Assembly (NCBI RefSeq): GCF_009914755.1
Contig: NC_060933.1
DNA length: 64,000 bases
Reading direction: 5' to 3' (one strand)
Source: the human T2T-CHM13v2.0 reference genome, Homo sapiens
Of the stretch, positions 33,888 to 47,327 are shown piece by piece. Each line of letters begins with the position of its first letter. The first letter of the stretch is position 1. The notes below the pieces were generated by a model. That model was not told the DNA's origin and searched no databases. It was given only the letters and a program-made list of their open reading frames with translations. The translations under genes were made by a program, and so were the position numbers.

Positions 33888-34191
33888 GGCCAGGCACAGT
33901 GGCTCGTGCCTGTAATCCCAACCCTTTGGGAGGCCAAGGCTGGCAGTTCGCTTGAGCCCAGGAGGTCGAGACTAGTCTGACAAACATGTCAAAACCCCGT
34001 TTCTACAAAAAATACAAAAATTACCTGGGTATGGTGGTGCCTGCCTGTAGTCTCAGCTACTTGGGGGGCTGAGGCATGAATCCAGGAGTTCAAGGCTACA
34101 GTGAGCTATGATTGTGTCACTGCACTCCAGCCTGGGCAACAGAGTGAGACCCTGTCTCAAAAACCAAAACAAACAAAAAAGAAAGCAAAAA
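33888..34191 (+). mobile_element. AluJ-like element with a small internal deletion
   Basis: Alu motifs; TSD AAAAACTAAATTTCTG. Confidence 0.9.
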
Positions 34192-35099
34192 CTAAATTTC
34201 TGATAATCACTAAGTTTTTAATTATGAAATTACTAGAGGAAATGCAGCATCACCTTGGTTGAAAACCATTTGGAGAGCCGTGCACATTCCTGATCCCTAA
34301 GTCCTTGATGTTGCACCCATCTTGAGGAGCAGTGCTCTCTCTGGACCGATGTTACTGAATCCAACCCAGTTCCTACTTGATGTTTGTGGCATTAGCTTGG
34401 CAGCTAGTTTTTACGTTTACTATTTTTACTACATATTAGGAGATGGCAAATTACTGATAGCCAGGATAAGGGAATGATTTTCAAGGCATTATAGCTCTAA
34501 AAAACAATTGAGAAATCAGCTCCCTCATCACTTCCTTAATGCAATGAGAGAACACGACACGGATGAACAAACTGTTCTGTTATCCAACAAGATTATCAAG
34601 AGTTATTAGTGAGATAATAAAAAAGTATATGTGACTGCCAAAAGTCTCCAGACTAAGGACCAGAAGACCTGGTTTCTTGTTCTTTCACTTTCTAGTCCTG
34701 CAATTCTGGCGAAGATACTATACTGCTCTGAGCTTCAGGGTTTTTTTCACTGTGAAAGAGGGTGCAAGTTCCTCCACATTCTTCCAATCTACTGAGGAAA
34801 CCCAATGAGATAATGCATGGGAACATGTTTTGGAAACTCAAAAGTGCTGCCCAAAATGTAAGGTAACACTGTTTACAATTGACACTTCCAGAAAGTTTAG
34901 CCAGCACCCCCACACATTGCATCCGCTTCTGACAACGTTAATCAAAATCAGGCCAAAGGTGCAGGCAGGACAGAGGCCTGACTTACCAGAAAATAAACGT
35001 CTGGTCTATTCCACTTGTAGTGCCAGTTTACATTGTCTGGCGAGAGCCAACTACCAGGGCCTCCGGGTAGAAGAAAGAAAGGGTATCAGTGGAACTGAG

Positions 35100-35900
35100 A
35101 GTGTATACAGTGGCGCCTGAAAACCCAACCTCGCCAGGCTTCCCTGTCTCCTGTGTGCAGCATGTGTGCAGTGCATTCCCCTGGAAGGTAAATACGCGGA
35201 GTCCCGCAGCCCACCTGTGTCCACCTAGCCTGTAAGTGCCCCCTGAGGGTATCAAAGCAAGCGGACTTCCGCCTGAAGCAAAGCCACCGGGCGGCAAGTT
35301 TCCCCGTTAACAACAACGAAGACAGAGAGGACTTGGCAGCTGTGACGGATCTGCAATAATTAAACTGACGTTGCTGTTTAGAAGCCTGGGGGTCGCCTGC
35401 AGCCTCCCAGGCTCCACTCCATCGGCTCCAGCGCTGCAGGCGGGCCGTGCATGTCTCTAGATGCATATTAAGCAAAAAGTTTCTAAAGAGGATCGCGTGG
35501 AACCCAGCAATTGATTAAGAATCTCAACGGCCCTAATCCCCTGAGAATTGAACTAAGGGCTCCCCAGCAAACACAGCGATTTACATGGGGCCTAGAGAGA
35601 GCGAGCACTGCCGGGGGCGGCGGCGAAGGGCAGCGGTGGTGGGACGGGCGGGGTAGGGGGAGTTACTGAGCATGCGCCCGCCTAGGGGCGTGGGGGAGTT
35701 ACTGAGCATGCGCCCAGGTAGGGGCGAGGGGGAGTTACTGAGCATGCGCCCGAGGGTGTTTCGGGGCGTCCGAAGCGGGCGTGCTCCAGCCTGCTCAGCA
35801 GCGAGTGGTTGGAAATTAGCAAAGTGAGAGGGTGCGTGGCCTGAGGGACTCGGGGAGGCTGAGGGCTTTTTTTCTCAACACTGTGAAGCTCAGGGAAAGG
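35100..35900. promoter_or_regulatory. KANK1: CpG-rich promoter, probably the distal KANK1 promoter
   Basis: Sharp local rise in CpG and GC; GC boxes, NRF1-like GCATGCGC x3, ETS-like ACTTCCG (~35265), TGACGT (35366-35371). The KANK1 assignment rests on known gene order (KANK1 follows DOCK8 on +); no KANK1 coding sequence is in the window. Confidence 0.65.
35656..35751 (+). repeat. 36-bp-period GC-rich minisatellite (~2.7 copies)
   Basis: Identical 24-mer GGGGGAGTTACTGAGCATGCGCCC at 35656, 35692 and 35728; linkers GCCTAGGGGCGT and AGGTAGGGGCGA. Confidence 0.95.
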
Positions 35901-37077
35901 AGTAGAACTGGGAACCAAGTAAAGTAAAATCGTGGCAAGTGGGCATAGACCTGAAATCTCCTTCGTGAGGGAACCCAGAACGTGCAGCTCAATGTATGTT
36001 TGGAACGAACAGGTGAAAGGAAGCAGGAGGAGGAGGGAGTTCTAGCGAAGACTTCGGAGGGAAGCAACCCATCCCCTGCCACAAGAAAGCACCGCCACTC
36101 CAGTGGGAACGGACACGCGTGCACACAGCCACGAGTGAGGTTTGAAAGAGGCCCCACCCTCCATTACACCTGTGCTCCACCGTGGCCCCCAGCCAAGTTT
36201 AATCTCCCATTCAGCACTTACTTCTGGAAGCTTCTTTCCCTTTCCTTCCCACCACTCATTGGCCTTTCACCCCCTAGTTTTTTGTCTGTGTGTGGGACTG
36301 TCTTCCCCCACTCCCCTTGACTGAAGTTCCTTGAGAGCAGCAGCCCTCTTTTTATCAGGGAAGAGATTTGAAGCTCAGGACATTCTTATCCAAGTAGGTG
36401 CTAGCCACCTGGGTAGTCAAGACAGGGCCCTGCACAGTTAATGTGAATCTTGTCATAATGCCAGGGTTATTGTTTTGCAAGGAGCCGGTCATAGAACACT
36501 AGATTGCATTGTCACTGGGAAATAAGCTCATTCTATTAGCTTGTTTCTCAGCTAGCTTATGTAGAAATTTGCCACAGTTGTTACTGCTGGGCACCTGCCC
36601 TGGATCTGATCATCAATTATATCATCTCTTCCATCTGATGGACTGCACCTCACCCCTTGCTTTTTCAGAGCTGGCGAAGCTGGGCCAAGGAAAGCGATAG
36701 TGCCAGCTGAGTGGAATGTGCAGGAAGGGACCGAGGAGGGGCACTATGTACTGGAGAAAAGAGATGGGGTCTCCAGGACAGGGGTAAGGACACTAGACTG
36801 AGGGCACAAAGGAAGGAAACCACAAGGAAGTAGAGTAGGGAAGTGGGGAGCATGCTGAGGAGAGAGGTCAAGAGATGGTGACCGCTCTCTGCATGCCCCA
36901 AGGAGATGGTGATGACACTCCCAAGTCCATGTGGGACTCCCTCCTTATGCGGGCCTCAGTCTGTCATCTTCCTTGGAGCAGGACCAAAGTAAATAAGATA
37001 AAGTCACAATTTCTCATCCTTCTTCACTCAACTTTTCTTTGAGGTGAGTTGGCATTTTTGTAAAAGAATGCATTCTC

Positions 37078-37298
37078 TGCCAGATGCGGTGGCTCACCCC
37101 TGCAATCCCAGGGTTCTGGGAGGCCAAAGTGGGAGGCTTGATTGAGGCCAGGGGTTCGAAACCTAGGCAACATAGCAAGACCTCCATCTCTGTAAAAGAA
37201 ATTAGCCAGGCATGGTGGTGCATACTTGTAGTCCTAGCTACTTCGGAGGCTGAGGCGAGAGAATCGTTTGCACTTAGGCATTGGAGATTACAGTGAGT
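37078..37298 (+). mobile_element. 3'-truncated Alu
   Basis: Alu body ends after acagtgag with no tail. Confidence 0.85.
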
Positions 37299-37959
37299 TA
37301 AGCGTTCTCCTGTACTGCCATGGTAGGTGGGTGTTGCTAGCCACATGAGGATATGTGAGCCGGTCACCAGGGACTGCGGCTGACTCCCCGAGCACAAGGA
37401 CAGTAAGAATAAACCTCCGATTATTCCCCTGCCCCCAACCCCAACTTCAATTAAAGAGATATACCCTTATGTGACTGACAAAAAAGAGCCCTGCTCTCCC
37501 AGAGTCACATCCCCATACGCCAAAACACTCTTACATATAATTATTGGTGCTTCATAAATGGCTGATAAAAAAACTTTTCTATCAGGGAATACACCCTACC
37601 TTATTCACAGCCTCTTATAGAGAGCTGGCCTGCCCACAGTCTCTGTAAGGGGCAGTTGTCTCTTCTGAGTGACCAGTTTCCCTGACCTCCCCTCAAGCCA
37701 TGACTGACCAAGGAAGTCAATGTCACCACTGAGAAGCAAGGCGTAGCCTCAGACTCTGAGTTTCTAACTCTTTCCACTTTCCTAAGATGGGGTTATGCCT
37801 CATTTCTGAGAGATTTCCAACCCTCTGCCATATATTCCTCTTTTTGTGAGGTCACTTGGGGAGGTGTCTGCTTCTTAGCACCAGAAGAGCTCTCTCAGGA
37901 CCCAGTTGCTGACCCAGTTGCTGCAAATGCTGAAAGTAGGAAATGGAGGTCAAGTGTAG

Positions 37960-38530
37960 GCCATAAAGATTTTCCCACTCCTCCTCTTGAATCAGGCATG
38001 GCCTTGTGAATTACTTTGGCCCATAGAATGCGGCAAAGTGATACTGTACAAGTTCTAGCCTTGGTCTTAAGCCTGCCAGCTTTTGCTTTCACTCCCTTGG
38101 AGCCCTGAGCTAGTATAGAAAGAGATCCAGCTGCAAGGACTGGTTACACAATTTGCAGGGATTAGTGTAAAAGGAAATGCAGGTTTCCTTGTTTTAAAAT
38201 TATTCCGAATTTTAAGGCGGTGACAACAGAGCCCTATACCAAGCAGAGGCTTGATCCGAGCTGGTGCAGGCATGACAGCCAGGCTTCCTGATACATGAGT
38301 GATGCTATCTTGGATTTCTGGCCCCAATTCAGCCTCCTAATGGTCAGCATGAGAGCATGAACTACCCTAGGTGAGACCAGTAGAAGAACCCAGCTCAGAT
38401 TACAAAACTATGAGCAAACAAACGGTTGTTATTCAAGTAAAGCTCACTAAAGCTCTTCATGACAAACGGGTATAGTCATGGGGGCCGCTAAGGCCTGGGT
38501 TGAGATTTTATATAGCAATAGGTAACTGAA
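37960..38530 (+). mobile_element. MLT1-type LTR with a nested MER45A-like hAT insert (~38133-38290)
   Basis: ttgaatc...ggccttgtga..tactttggccc..tagaatgcggcaaagtga; the insert begins caaggactggttacacaatttgcaggg. Confidence 0.55.
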
Positions 38531-38559
38531 GCATGAAGAATAAGAGTTTGCAGTGAGTG

Positions 38560-38760
38560 GTCACCCACCATATTCCAGGCCCTGTGTTGGTGCATTGCAT
38601 GTGCCAGCTCACCTGATCCTCACAACACCTTTCATAATTCCTTTCTACAGGAGAGAATACAGCAGTTCCAAGGACAAGGGATTCGTACCACTGCTCCTCA
38701 CTCAGTAAATAGCAGAGACAGAATTTGAACGTGAGTCTGACTGATTCCAAAACCCATGTA
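38560..38760. mobile_element. MIR (SINE)
   Basis: cctcacaacac...ttctacag...agtaaatagcagagacagaatttgaac...tctgactgattccaaaaccc. Confidence 0.7.
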
Positions 38761-39109
38761 ATATCCCTGCATTGAAACAGAGGAAAATCCAAGGAAAGTG
38801 CACACAGCTTGGAGACTATTGGATAGGGGTCTGATTCAGTCTTTCCTAAATTTCCTCATAAATTTGCAGTTGAAGTATCAGGCAGAGAAATGATAACCAG
38901 GTGAAAGACCCCTAATGGGACATCATGACATCACAGCTCTGTGATCATCAACCATAATCCCTAGAGGGTCACCTAGAGTTATCCTACAATGAGGCTTACT
39001 TGGGTTTTCTGATAGGTATAATACTGAGAAAATTTGCTATGGTTAGCTATGGGTATTCACCACTTATTTTAGTGTATATCATCCCCCAACAAACCACAGG
39101 CACCTGTGA

Positions 39110-39453
<344 letters not shown>

Positions 39454-40378
39454 AAGAATTAATTTCAACATTAGACTCAGCCAGAGTTAATGAAGAAGCT
39501 TTCCCCACATGATGGCTCCTCACAAGAAATACTATCTATTTATAATATTCATTGGCTTTACTTGTCTTTACCAAGCCTTCCTGAGTGTCATCAGTGGGTG
39601 AGTGAGTGTATGGATAGGTACCTGCCTATCTGTCTGCCCATGGTGATGAACACATCACTGTAGGTCAGCAATGACATTGAGTCTAAATGCTGTTGGCCAT
39701 AAGGAAAATAGTGACATTCCCTGGCTCAGAGGAAATGCTGGTAGGAAAGCCATATGGACTAGTATTTATAAGTACAAGCTCAGGGGTCAAAGATGCTGAA
39801 GTTCAATGCCTTGTCCTGTCTCTTACTAATTAGTGATATTGGACATATTGATTAATTGCATAAGTATGTTTCTCACTTATCTATAAAATGAGATGTATGA
39901 GGGCTAAATGAAATGATGCATGTGAAAAACTGAACAAGGTGCCAGGCCTAGGACAAGGGCTCAATAAATGTCAGCGATTATTTTATTTGATGAACAAAAG
40001 AAGGCAAATGTTCTTTCTTTGATGCCCCCTATCTTTTCCCTGTGTCGTTTCTCTAAAAAAGTATATGTGTGTAATTTCTATGCCTTCCCTCCACTCTCCC
40101 ATTATCTACCACTTCATCATCCTCTCACTACCCATGGCCACTTTCCCTCATTATCTTTTCTATATTTCTTCCCTCCTCCCCTGAAATGGGGTTGAGCAGG
40201 GGGAGATCAGAGGATGAGAAAAGGCAGGGAGACATTGGTGGCAGGGTGACAATGGAGCACCACAAGCTGTCTAGGCCATCTAGACTTTCCCTGAGGACAC
40301 TTCAGTATCTCTGAGAATACCATTTTCTCAGGACTCCTCACACTGGGAGAAACCTTAGCAATCATCTGATGGTGTACT

Positions 40379-40969
40379 TGTTACAGTAGATAGGCAGACA
40401 TGTGCAGTGCAGGAGAGGGCCCCCCACCCTGACCAGGAATGTCAGGTGACCATCAGGTGATGGTCACATGGTTGTTACACCGTCTCTCTCAAATAATAAC
40501 TGGTTGCAGCCAGCACCAGGGAAAGGCAGTCTCCAAATAGATAGGAAAAACCTGAAAGTGACAATCAGCAGCTTCACAATAAGATCTCAGGAATTGGGCA
40601 GGTGGGCTCAAGCATGTGCACTAAGAGGCAAAGTGGCGGAGTTTAATTGGTAAATGACCTTCCTGTAGGAATGCTACGCTGGTAAGGGAAGAAAGCCTCA
40701 AGAAAGCATCTGTACCATTCCAGCAAATACACTGTGCATGCTCCCCTCCCAAATGCTAGCAGGCCACTGCACATATGGACAGCCCACCCCAAGGGAAGAA
40801 TTGGGAGAAGTAACCCAAGACCCCGAAAGTATGCCAACCTGTAAGACCGCAAGTCAAAGGTCAAACTGTGCACTTGATCTCACAAGGTGCCCACTCGGCC
40901 CTCTTCCAAATATACTCTACTTCCTTTCATTCCTGCTCTGAAGCTTTTTAATAAATTTTCACTCCTGCT
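40379..40969 (+). mobile_element. ERV1 LTR (MER50-like), 3' end missing
   Basis: tgttacagtag...accaggaatgtcaggtgaccatcaggtgatggtc...ccttcc..aataaattttcactcctgct. Confidence 0.7.
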
Positions 40970-41300
40970 TGAGGACTAAGCTCTGATCTTTTCTTATCTT
41001 CCAAATTCCTATCTAGGGGGTCTGGGGAGTTATGCCCTACAAACCAAAAATTCTCATCAGATGGGTTTTATTTAACCCTATATATTGTGACTTTTTAGTC
41101 TGACTCTGGCATAATATTACATGACAAAATCAAAATATTTTATCCCATAACATGTCTCTTTGGCATATTTTGAAATGGCCCTGCAAAGCCATCCTTTGTA
41201 GGGGAAAATTTGCATCTGTAAAGAATCTCTGTTAACATAGCTAGATATTTTTCTTCCAGGCGCTCCCATCTGAAGAGATTAAGAGTCTAGCACCTTTTTA
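40970..41300 (+). mobile_element. ERV1 LTR (MER4-family), 5' part only
   Basis: Begins TGAGGACTAAGCTCTGA...caaattcctatcta...gccctacaaacca..ttctcatcagatgggttttatttaacc. Confidence 0.7.
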
Positions 41301-41301
41301 A

Positions 41302-41617
<316 letters not shown>

Positions 41618-41634
41618 GTTAGAAAACTAAACTA

Positions 41635-42255
<621 letters not shown>

Positions 42256-43237
42256 TTATTTAATGGATGTTTTTCTAGCTGTGTTTTAAAGTTTTAAAGT
42301 TGCAGCATTTGAATGAATGAATGACTTCTGAGCCAAAGTGAGAAAAAGCAAACAAGACACAAATGAGTTTTCTAAACTATGTGTCTCCCCGAAATTAGCT
42401 CTGCTACTTTGCACAAGTCTCCTTTCCTAAGATCCCGCTTCTCATCTGTTCAATGGGGATATGAACATCTACAAGTTTATGGTAAAGTTTAAAAGCACAT
42501 TTGTCTGATACTAAGAGCCAATAAACAATCGTTACTTTCATTACCCCAGTTGGCAATTTGAGCAGGGCATGACAGGGAGTTTGGGTGACAGGCGATAAAG
42601 TAACGGACATTATGGAAAGTCTGAAAGAATGTAATAAGGATAATATATTTTAGATGTATTTTTCTCTTTTATATTTTGTGAATGACTTTTCCCCTGGTTA
42701 GCCTAAGGTAATTCTTATGACTCAGGGAGGTTTGAGATTGTTACAGCAGGAATGCAAACAGAAAAAAAAAAAAAAAAGATCTAGCTTTTGATTTCCAAAT
42801 TTGAGTTCCTAGAATAACTGTCTTTAAAATTCAGAGGTTGGAGATAAAGAAAAGGATTTTCTAGATTCCTATCACTTCCATTAAAATACCAAGGGTCAGA
42901 ACAATGAACCTGAATTCTAAAGCTATTGGTAGAGAGAAATGACCTTTGATGTAAGAGGTGTCCCTACTGCACAGAAAAGATGGGGTGTTTTTCCTTTCCA
43001 AACCAAGGGAATGTCAGGGGAAGAAAAGATAGAGATTAAAGGGGAAAAGTGAGTTTTATGTATCTTGGCTTCTCCATTCAGGGCTGATATCACAAGTAGT
43101 AGATAAATTGAAAGAAAGGAATCCCAAAAGAAGAAAAAGACTGTGTTCTGCTCCTCACTTAAAACTCAGCAAAAGGGACCCCCACCAAGTGGCCCATGCC
43201 AATATGTAACACAGAAAGGAAAACCAACAGCATGGGC

Positions 43238-43864
43238 CTCTTGGCTTGGAGGAAGCCAAAGTGCACATTTCTTCAGTCATACTACATCTGGGTTCATCTA
43301 GCCACCTCTGCCATGCTGCCCAAGTTCAACCCCAATGAGATCAGTCATATACCTGCCAGGTGCCCTGGTGGAAAACTGGGTACCATGTCTGCCCTAGCCC
43401 TTAAGATCAACCCTCTGGACCTGTCTCCAAAATAAGTTGGTGATGACATTCCCAAGGCCACAGGTCACCAGAAGAGTCAAAGGATTACAATGAAACTGAC
43501 CATTCAGAACAGACAGGCTCAGACTGAGGTGGTACTTTCTGCCTCTGCCGTGAGCATCAAAGCCCTCAAGGAACCAGAGACAGAAAGAAGCAAAACAATC
43601 AAGCACAGTGGAAATGCCATTTTTCATGACACTGTCAAGATTGCATGACAGATGCAGCACCAATCCTTAGTCACAGAACTCTCTGGGACCCGTAAAGAGA
43701 TCTTGGAGACTGCCCAGTCTGTGAGCTCCAATGTTGATGGGCGCCAGCCTCCTGACATCATAGATGACATCAAATCAACAGTGGTGCAAGTAAATATCCA
43801 GCTAGCTATGAACTACGAAGGAAAAAATTTCAATAAAGGATCATTTGACAACTAAAAATAAAAA
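43238..43864 (+). pseudogene. RPL12P: Processed pseudogene of ribosomal protein L12 (RPL12/uL11)
   Basis: RPL12-like 5' UTR, ATG at 43313, [10 protein letters not shown]...[15 protein letters not shown] (premature TAA 43433-43435), later [32 protein letters not shown]; intronless; AATAAA 43832; A-tail; target-site duplication ACAGCATGG at 43227-43235 and 43866-43874. Confidence 0.93.
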
Positions 43865-44377
43865 CACAGCATGGTTATGACATAGGGTCTGCATGAGTGC
43901 CTTTGTGCCTCCTTGAAAAAGCCAGTTTCCCCATGCACAGATGTCAGTAGTACAAGTCAACCAGGTATCCAGAGACATTGCTAAAAGATGTCAATACCAA
44001 ATCTAATCACAGCATAAGGACCAGTGTATACAAATCTAAAGCCCACTTTCTCCTGCTCACTCCTAAAGCTCACTTTCTCACAACACTGCCACCCCAATAT
44101 ACCAAGAAACCATCTAGAAAGGAGGGCAGACAATAGCCACTTACCTTTAAAAACAAAACCAAACTCTTTACACCAAAACTTCTTCCATATCCAAAGAGTC
44201 TAAAATACAGTTAGTGATGAATGTGGATGTGGAGCCAATGAGTAAGATTTGATCAGTTACAGAAAACAAGTGAAGCCACATTTACTTTGCACAACCAAAT
44301 GTAGTTTGCTAAGTTTTTGACCCCATTATATGAAGAAGACAAATCATCCATAACTCTACCACGCTAAACATCCATTA

Positions 44378-44516
44378 CTTTTTTTTTTTTTTTTTTGAGA
44401 GTTTCGCTTTGTGGTCCAGCCTGGGGCGCAGTGGTGCAATCTTGGCTCACTGCAACCTTCGCCTCCTGGGTTTCAGCAATTCTCATGTTCAGCCTCCTGA
44501 GTAGCTGGGATTACAG
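44378..44516 (-). mobile_element. Partial Alu (right monomer)
   Basis: Poly-T followed by the reverse right arm. Confidence 0.85.
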
Positions 44517-46379
44517 CCACCCATAGATTTTTAAAATACTTCTCTTTCACTTGTCTTGCATAGGCATGATTATTGCAAATAACTGCAATGCATATCAGTC
44601 ACAATTTTATATCGTGCTCTTTGTAAAATTCATCAAAATTCCTTTTCCATGCTGCTGTGTGTTCTTCCTGGTTACCAATGTTAACAGACGCATAAGCTAT
44701 TAGTCAAAACTCTTGTCATTGCAAGTATCATAAAGCCAATTCCAACTCAACTGAAGAAAATGGGTATTTAATGGAAGAACACTGGAGTTGCTCATTGACC
44801 TACAAGAACCACGCAGCCCTGAGGGCCTAAATGCAGGGGACGGGGGCTTGAAGTCACCAGAGTTCTTCACTGCTCATTCTTCCTACAGACATCTCCACAT
44901 AAATGTATTAGGCATTTGGCCATGTTAGGTCATTTTCATTAGCCACATTTTCCAAATGGGGACGGAGGGACTAAGGGAGTTAGATGTGACTCACTGCAGG
45001 TGATTCAGCTGCTAAATGGCATTGATTTGAAAACCAGCATCTTGATTCAGATTGGTGGATCCATACAAATTGCAAGGGACAAAACTTTTCAAAAATATGT
45101 AAGAATAGTCACATAGGATAAGAATATATTTGATTTTTGTGAGGACTACAGCTGAAGGAGAAGAGAAACATGCAAATGGGGTTCCATTTCCCACACCAGG
45201 GCAGCTTCTGTCATCTCAGAATGCCCACCTGGCATCTTCCTGACCCTTGGCTCACCCACAAGGAAGTTCATGGCAATATTGTTTTCAGAAGCCAATATTC
45301 TCCTGTCTCTACTTGCAAGAAAATAACTGAGCCCCCCCAGTAAGTATAATTGGTGCGAACAGTGATTTATTATATGCCCAGTTCTCCAGATGGCCTTTCA
45401 TATGGAAATGATTTTTCCTGAAAACAGAAAAATATGGGTTTTTTCCCTTCTCAGCAGGTTATAACAGGTTTACAATCCACTGCATCAAAACTAGAATCAA
45501 AAACTTTAACGGAGTTCCCTTAAAACAGAAACACAAAAAACACGTTCCATCTGGTAAATAATTGCCGGAGTTGCATTCCTGTGCATTCAGGCACAAGCTA
45601 ACTGCTGTACAGCATAAAGCTGTGAAAATGTCTAGGCTTAATGGGGAAACATGAGATAAGATCTACTTAGGTCTATCATATACTCAAATTGCAACCTTCT
45701 GGGATGCTGGTTCATGCCAGACTCAAATCACCCATAATCTGATGGGCTAGACAGATGTGTAAGATTATTCCAGGATATCTGAAAATCTCACATGTGAGTA
45801 CAAAAGGCTAGGTGGACACGTGCAGCCCTTATTCTATGTGAATGAAGGGGAATGTTTACCAAGAAGGTCATTTTCAGATGACCATAGTTGAAGAGCAAAG
45901 TCAAATGTGGTTCTAAGTGACATGTCCTCTGCCTAAATAACAGATGAGAAAGTATATCTAAAAAGGCTTATATCATCCTGTGATGGAATACTTAAGAATG
46001 GGGAAAGCATTTAGCAGTAAAAAGTAAGTTACCAAAAGGATTTAATGCAGTTAGTATGTAGCAGGTTAATTTCAGTAGATGACTCTAAGTTATGATTTTC
46101 ATCCAGAAAGAATTATTTTCGTCAGCTTTCCACCAGTGGAACATACTTCCTCCTAAGGTCCCTGCCTCTGAAAGCATAGGCAGGGGAGCCGTGTATTAGA
46201 GACGTTGTGGGGAAGATCTCCACATTTGGAAAGCTGAAGATCTGCAGATTAGGGGTGACACTCAAATTCCTTAAGGGGTTGGGCAGATAAATTGTGTAAA
46301 ATGGTAAGGCATTAGAAAGTGGACCAGACTGCAGAGGACTGGAGAGGCACAGCCCACCTAAAGACATTCAAATTTGGTA

Positions 46380-46731
46380 CAGATGCTTCTTGGCTTACCA
46401 TGGGGCTACTGTGTCCCAATAAACCCACCTAAGTGAAAAAATGCATTTAGTACACCTAACCTACCAAACATCACAGCCTAGCCTAGCCTACCTTACACAT
46501 GCTCAGAACACTTACATGAGCCTACAATTGGGCTACATCATCTGACACAATGCCTGTTTTATAATAAAGTGTAGAATATCTCATGTAATTTATTGAATAC
46601 TGGACTGGAAGTGAAAAACAGAATGATTACACGGTACTTGAAGTATAGTTTCTGCTGAATGTGTATGGCTTTCACGCTATCATAAAGTTGAGTAATTATA
46701 AGTCAAACCATTGTAAGTTGGAGACTATCTG
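46380..46731. mobile_element. Tigger3a/MER7-type TcMar DNA transposon
   Basis: TA-flanked CAGATG...ATCTG ends; cctaacctaccaaacatc..agcctagcctagcctacc core. Confidence 0.75.
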
Positions 46732-47171
46732 TATTTAAAAACAAAACAAAACAAAAAAAAACCCAAAAACAAAAATAGACTGGTCTGGCCAAATAGACCA
46801 CTTTGGAAGGACGTGGCCTATGGATCAAGAGGATATTTGCCGCTCCTGGACTAGCAAATCCTTAAGCCTTCTTTGCCTGCTGAGTTCTGTGATGTGTATA
46901 AAAATAATGCACTTTTATCTAATAAGAGCCAAACACATTAACCTCTGTGGTAGGAGAAAGTGGAGTTGAACAGAAGTATTGAATGTGGTCTCCATCCTCA
47001 GAAAACTCAAAACTACTTTAAAATAAGATATGTCCATACAAAGGCAGCCAACAACGGCGGGCAAAAAGCTCATGACGGCTCATTAGGAAGCATTTCTAAC
47101 TTTGATCTAGATGGGTTCAGAAAGAGCCACAGAATAGGCAAGGCTTGAGTGGGGCTTAAAAGAACAAATAG

Positions 47172-47327
<156 letters not shown>

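Noticed and set aside
35656-35751. Repeat-spacer pattern resembling a CRISPR array
   Set aside because: The linkers are only 12 bp and nearly identical, there are no cas genes, and the DNA is primate; it is a minisatellite.
43196-43855. Functional RPL12 paralogue
   Set aside because: Premature TAA at 43433, further stops and indels, and high divergence.
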